Of a DNA stretch of 64,000 bases, positions 19,212-27,537 are shown in pieces (position 1 is the first letter of the stretch; every line of letters starts with the position of its first letter). Under the pieces are notes generated by a model. It was not told where the DNA came from and did not search any database. It was given only the letters and a program-made list of their open reading frames with translations. The position numbers and the translations under genes are program-made. Origin of the DNA: a virus; the IMG/VR virus record IMGVR_UViG_3300001533_000699, one strand, 5' to 3'.

Positions 19212-19585
19212 GGGAGGTAAACATGCATAAATAAAATAGGGATTATGACAATTTAAACCACACCGGGGAGGGGTACGACCCTCACCCTGGGGGATAGTCT
19301 GCACATACCGCGTACCATGTAAGCGTAGCGTAACACCCCACGTAGTGGGGTCAATATGGGGTAGCCAGTAACACCCAAAGGAGGGGTGTCGCCGCGAAAT
19401 GCCATAGGTGATATGCATTATATTCTTTGTGGCAATTACCATACTAATGGGGTGCAAGGAAAATCCATTTGGGGTACCACCAATGGTATGTAAGGAAAAA
19501 GCATCAGGACTACTTACAATGGGGGTGCGTACCACCCTAAGTAGTGGTGTCGCGAAATGCCAGTTTGTCTATGCGAATTAGACAC

Positions 19586-19601
19586 TGCAAATCTTGTGCC
19601 A
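19586..19601 (-). promoter_or_regulatory. Sigma54 -24/-12 site, leftward
   Basis: Reverse complement TGGCAC-AAGAT-TTGCA. Confidence 0.75.
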
Positions 19602-19649
19602 AAGCGTATCGAGACACCACACTAATGGGGGTTTGAAAAAAACATTAGG

Positions 19650-19796
19650 GGGGTTGTGGTTCTAAAATAGTGTGTTATACTATAGACAGTAAGGGGGGAA
19701 TAACAAACAACGAAAACGAAAGTGAGGAAAACCAAAAAGGGGGTTGCAAAACCAAAAACATGTGATAGAATAAGTTTAAGTGAGACACACACACCA
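19650..19796 (+). promoter_or_regulatory. Tandem sigma70-type promoter cassette (repeat of 20725-20878)
   Basis: TTGTGG-N16-TATACT then TTGCAA-N16-TAGAAT; ~115 bp nearly identical to 20751-20878. Confidence 0.8.
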
Positions 19797-19809
19797 CGAG
19801 GAATCAGAA

Positions 19810-20061
19810 ATGGTAACGTATCATTATGTACATCTACGTCAAGATGACGATTCAGAAACACGTTACATAGTCGAGGTCGAGCACACCCCCGCATTGGGTG
19901 GTATCGACCTGACAATTCAGGCATGTCAAGCCATAGCGTCTGTTAGGCTAGATGAAAACGGCGTAGAGGTATTCGACTACCTACACGAAGACATGCTTCT
20001 GGACACCCAACCGGGGGGTGAGGACGAAGAACGAATCCTGGTTGCGTGCGGATTGAGGTAG
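19810..20061 (+). CDS. Acidic hypothetical protein
   Basis: GAGGA SD, ATG 19810. Confidence 0.65.
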   Translation: MVTYHYVHLRQDDDSETRYIVEVEHTPALGGIDLTIQACQAIASVRLDENGVEVFDYLHEDMLLDTQPGGEDEERILVACGLR

Positions 20062-20153
20062 TAGTCACAGTGGGGGGAGGTATGCGACCCAAACACCGGG
20101 GGTGCTCCCCCCTATTTTGAGGAAAACTGAAACACACACTAAGGAGATGGATT

Positions 20154-20492
20154 ATGTCATGTTTGGCATGCGGCAGTAGACTGTTTGAACACAACGAAAA
20201 CATCGTGTGCGAGGGGTGTGGAGAATCCCTCGACAGGGGGGAGATGGAAAAGCCGATAGTGAACATGCCAATTCTGGCATATCATATACACGAACTAGCA
20301 ACAGCCAGGGGGGAATTCACCCTCCACCCCTGCGAGGGGGTATCGGTGGTGGTAAACGTAATTCCCTCCACCTGGGAGGGGGTCTGGGACACTATGTATC
20401 TAAACGGCAAAAATTGCGGAAATAGAGCGGGTGCCATCGGGGCATTCGTTAAAATGGTTGGCGAAGCCAACCCACAGGTATCATGGAAATAA
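20154..20492 (+). CDS. Zn-ribbon hypothetical protein
   Basis: AAGGAG SD; CxxC...CxxC. Confidence 0.7.
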   Translation: MSCLACGSRLFEHNENIVCEGCGESLDRGEMEKPIVNMPILAYHIHELATARGEFTLHPCEGVSVVVNVIPSTWEGVWDTMYLNGKNCGNRAGAIGAFVKMVGEANPQVSWK

Positions 20493-20691
20493 GTGGTGTG
20501 TGACACCCCCCGGTCAAGGTACGCTCTTGGCCGGGGGGTAACCCCCCATCCAGCCCCCTCTGGGGAGGGGTGGGGTATCGGCATAAAAGCCATAAAATCT
20601 ATAGGGTTTCATCTAAACCAACACCGTCAAAATCCATAGGTGATATGCACTATGGCAATTAAAAGCGTAGTAACTCTATCGGTGATAACAG

Positions 20692-20707
20692 AGCAAATAT
20701 CATGCCA
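20692..20707 (-). promoter_or_regulatory. Sigma54 -24/-12 site, leftward
   Basis: Reverse complement TGGCAT-GATAT-TTGCT. Confidence 0.7.
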
Positions 20708-20893
20708 AAATAAAATAAAATTAGGGGGTTGCAATTCTCAAAACCTATGCTATACTATAGACAGTGAGGGGGAAACAACAACAACAACAACAACGAAAAC
20801 GAAAGTGAGGAAAACCAAAAGGGGGGTTGCAAAACCAAAAACATGTGATAGAATAAGTTTAAGTGAGACACACACACCAACACGGAGTCAAAC

Positions 20894-21637
20894 ATGTTTT
20901 CGCCAAAAAATGCTAAAACAAAAGCGTTACGTCAAGTGTTCGGCAACAAAAGAGTCTACTCTTTGGACCTGCCTGCTGGACATACGTGCCCTGGGGCAAA
21001 AGACTGCAAGAGTCAGGCAGTTGTCAACGCCGATGGAAAATGCAAGATTGTCGATGGACCGGATTGCATCTTCAGATGCTTCGCAGCGTCTCAAGAGGCA
21101 CTATACCCCCAAACGTGGGCAAAGCGACAACGAAACCTAAAGCTGGTCAAGGGGTGCAGTACCCCCCAACAGGTGTGCGAATTGTTGTGTAACCACCTTC
21201 CAGACAATGCGGGAATAATCCGATTGCATGTATCCGGTGATTTCTACAGTAAAACCTACCTTCGGGGAGCCATGATGGCAGCACAACGTACCCCCAACAT
21301 CAGGTGGTACGCATACACGAAGAGTCTCCACCTGTTTAGTGGAGTGCCGATGCAAGACCCCCAAAACGGGGTGGTATTCAACAATTTCATTCTGACAGCC
21401 AGTGTGGGTGGTAAGCACGACCACCTGATTGAAAACCTCGGATTACGTACCGCTGAAGTGGTATTTAGCGAAGAAGAGGCAAAACAGAAGGGGTTGGAAA
21501 TAGACCATACGGACGAACACGCCGCACAACCAGGGGGGTCCTTCGCCCTGCTGATTCATGGTACCCAACCGGCGGGGTCCGAAGCTGGCAAGGCATGGTA
21601 TAAAATCCGCAAAGCCAAAGGGGGTTATAGTCGATAG
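20894..21637 (+). CDS. GP88-like Fe-S/radical-SAM-like protein
   Basis: LPAGHTCPGA..C, C.F.CFA, RLHVSGDFYS and YAYTK motifs. Confidence 0.7.
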   Translation: MFSPKNAKTKALRQVFGNKRVYSLDLPAGHTCPGAKDCKSQAVVNADGKCKIVDGPDCIFRCFAASQEALYPQTWAKRQRNLKLVKGCSTPQQVCELLCNHLPDNAGIIRLHVSGDFYSKTYLRGAMMAAQRTPNIRWYAYTKSLHLFSGVPMQDPQNGVVFNNFILTASVGGKHDHLIENLGLRTAEVVFSEEEAKQKGLEIDHTDEHAAQPGGSFALLIHGTQPAGSEAGKAWYKIRKAKGGYSR

Positions 21638-21775
21638 TGTGTGTGTCCCCCCCCACCAGGGTTCCCTCCCCTGGTGGGGGTTGGGGGAAAACCAAAAGAG
21701 GGGTTGTAAACAGAAAACATTGTGCTACAATACAAGAGTCAAGTATTCACCACCATCTTTCAGGGAGTTTGAACC

Positions 21776-22252
21776 ATGCGTGTTTTCACCCGTTCAGAGT
21801 TTGCCGAATTCGTTGCCAATATCAAGGGTTCGGTCATTATGTCGTTGACCATCAAGACCGATGCCCCTACGAAGAGGGGTGCCCCGGCCATCTTCAAAAT
21901 CAAGCATTGCCCTGCTGGGTTGGGTTGGAACTATGCCAAGCGGAAAGCCGCTGCTGAAGGGGTGCCAGTCGAACAGCTCGCCCCCTCCAATGGGTCATGG
22001 CACACCCTCGTGCAAGGGGCGCTGCGTCGGCATCGTGACGATGCGTCTCGACTGTATGTCGAATACTACCCCTCCGATAAGGGTGCGAAGACCCAGTACG
22101 AGATGGATGGTCGAACCTACTCGTATAATGAGGTTGCCGAGCACCTCAAAGCCCCCCGCAAGGGTGGTGACAACAACACGGGCTATCGTATGGCCAAGCT
22201 TGAAAACGTTGTTGGGGGTGTTCTGAACAAAGAGCCATTCGTGGTGGTATGA
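21776..22252 (+). CDS. Hypothetical protein
   Basis: GGAG SD; own promoter at 21704. Confidence 0.7.
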   Translation: MRVFTRSEFAEFVANIKGSVIMSLTIKTDAPTKRGAPAIFKIKHCPAGLGWNYAKRKAAAEGVPVEQLAPSNGSWHTLVQGALRRHRDDASRLYVEYYPSDKGAKTQYEMDGRTYSYNEVAEHLKAPRKGGDNNTGYRMAKLENVVGGVLNKEPFVVV

Positions 22253-22394
22253 TGGACCCTAGTAAGAGGGGTGTCCGGTAACAACGGGCACCCCTCTGAC
22301 GGGGATTTAACAAAAACCACAATAGGGGTTGCATTACACAAAAAACGTTGTACAATAAGAGTAGTTCATCACCACTTACTTAAGGAGTACAAGT

Positions 22395-22604
22395 ATGTAC
22401 GCAAGCATCAATTTCCGAACTAAGAAAGCTTTCCGTGAGGCTGTCAAGGCCGGTAAAGAAGTCTCCGTGTCGCAACCCGGCCCGTTTGGCGGCAACGAAC
22501 CGAGCAACGGAAGAGTGGCGGTTGAGGGGCCATGGTATCCCGAACCGCACAGGTGGTATGCCACTGCTACCCTCAAAGATGGGGTGGTGGTAAAGGTAGC
22601 ATGA
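22395..22604 (+). CDS. Hypothetical protein
   Basis: AAGGAG SD; own promoter at 22329. Confidence 0.75.
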   Translation: MYASINFRTKKAFREAVKAGKEVSVSQPGPFGGNEPSNGRVAVEGPWYPEPHRWYATATLKDGVVVKVA

Positions 22605-22881
22605 GGTGGTGACACACCCCCCGGCCAGAGTACCTCCCTGGCCGGGGGGTCACACCCCATCCGACCCCCTCGCGTGGGGGTATGCGCTGAACAGCCACAA
22701 AACCTATGGCAGATAAGCAGGGAAGCCTGTCCTGCTAATTTCTATAGGAATTCTAGCTTTTGAATAGCCACAACCCCCATGGTAATTCCAGCCCATCCTA
22801 CCATTTGACTCCCACATTTAGGGGTTAGTTAGTACTATGTTGGGGGGGGTAAAGATGTAGTAATTCTATTGGTTATTGTTG

Positions 22882-22897
22882 AGCAAATATTATGCCA
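22882..22897 (-). promoter_or_regulatory. Sigma54 -24/-12 site, leftward
   Basis: Reverse complement TGGCAT-AATAT-TTGCT. Confidence 0.7.
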
Positions 22898-23035
22898 AAG
22901 AATAATAAAATAAAGGGGTTGTAATTCTCAAAACTTGTGGTATGATATAGGTAGTGAAGGGGAAAGGGCAACAACGAAGAAAACCAAAAGAGGGGTTGTA
23001 ATTCTCAAGACTTGTGATAGAATACAGTTACCGAT

Positions 23036-23173
23036 GTGGGGGCCTTGGTGGGGCCAAGACGCCTAATGAAGAAGCGTCTTTGAGTACATAACAGAAACTG
23101 ACCGTGCTGTAATGTGCTGTGGTCATTGCTGGTCACAATGGCTTGCTAGGGGTTTGATTCCCCTCCCCCCTCC
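23036..23173 (+). ncRNA. tRNA-like structured RNA (T-arm and acceptor, enlarged interior)
   Basis: Starts just after the promoter at 22996-23023; 5' GGGGG pairs with 3' CCCCC; AGGGG-TTTGATT-CCCCT T-arm; internal hairpins. Confidence 0.45.
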
Positions 23174-23367
23174 TTTTACTGTACTGTGTTTATCAAAAGA
23201 GGGGTTGTAAAGTCAGAAAACCGTAGTACAATACAAGAGGGAGTAAGTTACAATGCAATGCCCGGTCTGCCAACACGAGATGAAATCCATCTGCAACCCC
23301 GTAACGGGAGTGTGGTATTGGGCTTGCGATGCGTGTCAAAGTTACATCAATAAAACGGAGAAATAAA

Positions 23368-23574
23368 ATGCGTAAGCGAGAAGTCACGTGCGTAGTGTGC
23401 AAGGAAACCGTCAGCCGACGTAAGTCGCTTGCTGTAGAGTTCGAACAGCGTGCGTGTCGAAAGCACCCAGGAACATCTGCTGCGTCAGCAGAGTTCGATA
23501 TTAAGCGGCGTGCCGCTCTCGATGCCGATAGAGACAGTAAGAAGCTGGAGTCTTCGACCCGCTCTCTTAAGTAA
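23368..23574 (+). CDS. Zn-finger hypothetical protein
   Basis: GGAG SD; CVVC...CRKH. Confidence 0.6.
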   Translation: MRKREVTCVVCKETVSRRKSLAVEFEQRACRKHPGTSAASAEFDIKRRAALDADRDSKKLESSTRSLK

Positions 23575-23939
23575 GGGGTTCGGCCCATATTTGGGGTTGC
23601 ATTACAACAAACATGTGATAAAATACAGTTAATGAAGCAAGAGATTTGGTTACAACAGCTAGTGTTCAAGTCAATATTACAGGGGGAAAGTGACAAACGC
23701 AAAACCTGTGGTATACTTAGGTTAGTCCAACATCACACACACAAGGGAGAAAAATGTTCAAGTACAATGCAAAACCCAACGGTTTGGAAGTGTCCATCCA
23801 TACACAAAGCATGGGCAAGCACTTTGAAATGAAGTCTGATGGGTCCATGAAAAAATAAAAATGAGGGGTTGCAAACGGCAAAAGTTATGATAGAATACTT
23901 GTAGTGAAGTGGATACGACACAACGCAAAGGAACACACA

Positions 23940-24182
23940 ATGTTACACATTCGACTGGTTGGTTTTTATGACGCCTCGGCCCTATTCGAGGGGTTCAGCG
24001 ACCTGTGGCAACAATTCATCGAAAGCGACCCCTCATTTTCGTGGGGGTCCAACAATCACTCACTTATAACAGTACGCGACGTTCTAAACCACATGGACAA
24101 TGTAGGAATTGAGTATGACAAAGCATTTGTAGACAAATGTGGTCTGATTGACGAACACTTCTACGTTGACCTAGAGAACTAA
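23940..24182 (+). CDS. Acidic hypothetical protein (paralog of 24687-24926)
   Basis: Shares F.WG.NNH.L and YVDLEN* with the paralog. Confidence 0.75.
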   Translation: MLHIRLVGFYDASALFEGFSDLWQQFIESDPSFSWGSNNHSLITVRDVLNHMDNVGIEYDKAFVDKCGLIDEHFYVDLEN

Positions 24183-24335
24183 GAGGGGGGGGGTAACGGG
24201 CTAACCCCCCGAGTGGGGGAGGTCTTTTCTTGAGTCATTAGCCAGTATTTCTATGGCAGATATGCATTTTATGGCAATGTACCACCCGAATAGGTGGGGT
24301 TGGCCCACCCATTTGAGGTGTCAGTAGACAGTACC

Positions 24336-24542
24336 TTACCAGTTTTCCAGCTCGTATTCTCGAAACACGTAATGCCGCAATTCTGGGGGGTTGCCAGCAC
24401 CCCCGTCCGACACTAACACATCCACTAGCGGTTGCCCGTTTTCATCAAAACGGTTCTTTTCCACGATGCCGGATTGCTGCGTAAGACGCACGGCGACTCG
24501 CTGGTTCACTCGAAATCGGAAATCAGGTGTTGTTGCTTTCAT
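24336..24542 (-). CDS. Small SH3-like hypothetical protein, inverted, with its own promoter
   Basis: F.VNQRV......GIV...V.V......F.E.EL pattern; minus-strand TTGCGT-N16-TACAAT just upstream. Confidence 0.5.
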   Translation of the reverse strand: MKATTPDFRFRVNQRVAVRLTQQSGIVEKNRFDENGQPLVDVLVSDGGAGNPPELRHYVFREYELENW

Positions 24543-24686
24543 ACGTGTATTGTAGCATAGATTATTGGAAACGCAACCCCCTCTTTTGGTAAGATAAGAA
24601 AAGTAAATGGAAGGGATTGCACTTGTCAAAAACTGTGATAGAATACGGGCATGGAACAAAACACCACACTCAACGGACACAAGACC

Positions 24687-24926
24687 ATGTCGAACATTTC
24701 AGTATGTAAATGTGAGTTTGTCAAATCTTCCGAACTGTTTGATGGTTATGAAGACCTCATGGAAGAATGGAGCACAGTATCACAATTCAACTGGGGGGAA
24801 AATAACCACCACACCTTGGTACTGTTCGCGTCCATTTTAGATGAAATGGAGTATTACGGCGTGGAGTTTTCGCATCAGTTTTCTTCGCGGGTGCCGTTTA
24901 ATATGTATGTTGACCTCGAAAACTAG
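24687..24926 (+). CDS. Acidic hypothetical protein (paralog of 23940-24182)
   Basis: Shares motifs with 23940-24182. Confidence 0.75.
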   Translation: MSNISVCKCEFVKSSELFDGYEDLMEEWSTVSQFNWGENNHHTLVLFASILDEMEYYGVEFSHQFSSRVPFNMYVDLEN

Positions 24927-25001
24927 GGGGTTGACTTCCACAAATCATGTGCTATAATGCAATTACTTAACAACCACCAACCACTTTCTTGAGGAAACGA
25001 A

Positions 25002-25304
25002 ATGAAGAGTATCGCAACGTATCGTGTCAATGACGTAATTAGTCTACAATACGGCAACCGTGTCAACGAACGCATATGTAGAGTGTTGAAGGTGCGAAAT
25101 CTCAACAAAGAACCCCTGTCTATCAAGACGCTGATTCGTCACCCCAACACCATACGCAGCAACGTACTGGTCACCTATAAGGACACAGAAGGCAAAATCC
25201 GTTCGTTTTATACGGGTGTCGAAAAGTCGGCACGTAAGGTCAACCCTTTGCGGGTAGCAATCCTATGTCTTCGCGGCAAGCTTCCCTGCCGTGTGTGGAG
25301 GTAA
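25002..25304 (+). CDS. Basic hypothetical protein
   Basis: GAGGA SD; promoter at 24931. Confidence 0.65.
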   Translation: MKSIATYRVNDVISLQYGNRVNERICRVLKVRNLNKEPLSIKTLIRHPNTIRSNVLVTYKDTEGKIRSFYTGVEKSARKVNPLRVAILCLRGKLPCRVWR

Positions 25305-25305
25305 A

Positions 25306-25542
25306 ATGAAGTACGAAGTTATGCACGGTGGCAGCACTGCATTTGTGCAAGCCGGTAACCCGTATGCGGCATGCTTAGAAATGCTGTACACAGAAGCAGA
25401 CGAAAACGATATCGAGTTCGCACCATTCGAGGTTACACCCCTCCCATATGGAGAGTCTGAGACAATCCCAATGGCGCTTGTGGTGGCGATACAAAACCAA
25501 GCATTGAACGGCGACCCCGACCACTTTTTAGAAAGGCAATAG
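25306..25542 (+). CDS. Hypothetical protein
   Basis: GGAGGT SD. Confidence 0.6.
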   Translation: MKYEVMHGGSTAFVQAGNPYAACLEMLYTEADENDIEFAPFEVTPLPYGESETIPMALVVAIQNQALNGDPDHFLERQ

Positions 25543-25789
25543 TATGCATCTACTCGCAATCGGTTCCACAATCAACCACAATGGCGTACCCATGAAGGTA
25601 GAGTCTGTGGTCACAATCAAACACCAGCCAATGGTGCAGGTACGCACCTCTCACAATACGACCATGTTGTTGTCGCATAAGCAGGTCGAAAAATCCCTGA
25701 ATAGGGGTTGACAACACCGAAAGGTGTGATACAATGTTTTTGTGTAACACTTACTCTTTTGGAGAGGCGCTTGTAGAAATACTGCGTCA

Positions 25790-26233
25790 ATGAAAATGTA
25801 TCGATGTGAACAGTGTGGGGTGCAGGTCGGACGCAAGGTATCGGCTATGAGGACAGTAGTCGAAACTCGCGAAAAGACGTATACAAAAACGCACGAGCTA
25901 GAAAACGGAGAGCAATACGAGCAGTACGACGGGGATGGAACCGAAATTGTGCGAGAAGTCAAGCTCTGTCACAAGTGTTATGGCGTCGAGGTGCCCGAAG
26001 CACCAAAACCTGAATACCATACACCGGCAGAACCATTGCCAACAGGAAAGTACTCACTGAAACTCGGCAGCGGCCATGAAGTTACCACAGACAACCCCTC
26101 GGAACTGTGGTGGTTCTACGAAAGCGATGGTGCGAGCATTCTACCCGCAAAACGTAAGAAAGGCGGCAAGTCCAAGGGTGCCCGTACCAAAGGCCGCAAG
26201 AACGTCAAGAAAACTTCAGAAGAACGGAGTTGA
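25790..26233 (+). CDS. Zn-ribbon protein with basic tail
   Basis: CEQC...G.EIVREVKLCHKC; Lys/Arg-rich C-terminus. Confidence 0.65.
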   Translation: MKMYRCEQCGVQVGRKVSAMRTVVETREKTYTKTHELENGEQYEQYDGDGTEIVREVKLCHKCYGVEVPEAPKPEYHTPAEPLPTGKYSLKLGSGHEVTTDNPSELWWFYESDGASILPAKRKKGGKSKGARTKGRKNVKKTSEERS

Positions 26234-26327
26234 CTTTTGCGAAAGTTGTGATACACTAGAAGTAATGAGGCAAGAGTGTAACGTGCCTCTGAGGGTCACC
26301 CGTCCCAAGAATAGCAAACGGGCATAT

Positions 26328-26401
26328 AGGGGAGTGGAGCAGTTGGTCAGCTCACAAGTTTCATAAGCTTGAGGTCGCAGGTTCAAATCCTGCCTTCCCC
26401 A
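26328..26401 (+). tRNA. tRNA-Met(CAT)
   Basis: Cloverleaf with CAAGT-TTCATAA-GCTTG; A1:C72 mismatch is initiator-like but the three G:C anticodon-stem pairs are absent. Confidence 0.85.
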
Positions 26402-26669
26402 CTGTCTAGACCGTCTTTCATGGTTTCCAATCATCAAGACGTAAAAACTGATGTATGGGGTAGACTTTGGTTTCTCAATTCCTTTCAACCTCAGAAACGG
26501 AAGTGATGTAGACCTTGGTTGTCGGTAACTTTCAACATAGAAATCGGAACCGTCTGGTTGGCGTGCCAATAAAACGCTGGGTGGCGGATAAAGTGATTTG
26601 TGCCTTGAAGGTTCCATGGGTCACCATACCATGAGTTCCGCCCGAATTTTATTAGTCAATCTTACGAGT

Positions 26670-26705
26670 GCCCGTAAGTCGATGCGTCGGCTTGCGGGTT
26701 TTTTT
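26670..26705 (+). terminator. Intrinsic terminator
   Basis: GCCCGTAAGTCGA-TGCG-TCGGCTTGCGGGT plus T run. Confidence 0.8.
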
Positions 26706-26815
26706 GTTGTTCCACCGTAACCCCCCACATCGGGTGAGATGGACGTAGCCAGTAAATATACCACCCAAACGGGGGTTGTGAAAAAACACATAGACGCTAG
26801 CTGTTATATCATAAC

Positions 26816-26831
26816 TGCAAATACCATACCA
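26816..26831 (-). promoter_or_regulatory. Sigma54-like -24/-12 site, leftward
   Basis: Reverse complement TGGTAT-GGTAT-TTGCA. Confidence 0.55.
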
Positions 26832-26947
26832 ACAAAATGAGAAAATAAGTGGTTGCAATAAGCAAAAGGTGTGGTATGATGTGTGTAGGTAAGAAACACT
26901 AACACAAACAAATGCCCTGTTGACATTTACAAAAGGTGTGGTAAGAT

Positions 26948-27436
26948 ATGGTTATGAACAGCAACGTACACATGACAGCAATTGCTCGCAAAACACCTTC
27001 GGCACCATGCCGATGGCTATATGAGCAGGGAAGGTGTGTTGGGCGAGTGCTCGACTGGGGTTGCGGAAAAGGTGTAGACGCCGCCTTTCTAGGGGCATAT
27101 GCCTACGACCCATATTTTCAGCCCGTAACGCCCTGTGTCAACCTACGCTATGACACCATCCTCTGCACGTATGTGTTAAATGTGATACCTGAATACTACG
27201 ACCGTTGCGTTGTGGTCGAAGAGGCACTAGAGTATTTGGCTGAGGGTGGATGGTTGTATGTGTCTATTCGGAATGACCGTAAAAGCTTAAAAGGATGGAC
27301 GAAAACGGGCACGTGGCAGGGTTATGTCGAAGACCAATTGAGGGTCGGTGGATTCACCATGATTCACCGTACATCTAATTATGAAATTTGGGGATGGCAG
27401 TTGACTTCCACAAATAATGTGATACAATGCAAGTAG
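26948..27436 (+). CDS. Class I SAM methyltransferase
   Basis: TAIAR..PS.P, VLDWGCGKG, YDPYF, YVLNVI and GTWQ motifs. Confidence 0.8.
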   Translation: MVMNSNVHMTAIARKTPSAPCRWLYEQGRCVGRVLDWGCGKGVDAAFLGAYAYDPYFQPVTPCVNLRYDTILCTYVLNVIPEYYDRCVVVEEALEYLAEGGWLYVSIRNDRKSLKGWTKTGTWQGYVEDQLRVGGFTMIHRTSNYEIWGWQLTSTNNVIQCK

Positions 27437-27537
27437 TCAAACCTTCAACTGAAGATAACGGTGCTTGACATTTTGAAAAGTTGTTGTATAATTACAAGAG
27501 TAAAGCGTTTCACTACTTTTAACAAGGGAGTTTGATT

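Larger units (their letters stand above)
18613..19620. repeat. Non-coding mosaic of short hairpin modules (block 2)
   Basis: (GTAC)CACCCAAAGGAGGGG at about 18813, 18918, 18981 and 19361; TGATATGCA(T/C)TAT at about 18854, 19016 and 19409; CACCCCACGTAGTGGGGT at about 19335. Confidence 0.8.

Noticed and set aside
16460-19620. CRISPR or mini-CRISPR array
   Set aside because: Repeats are of several types, irregularly spaced, with no constant-length unique spacers and no cas genes in the window.
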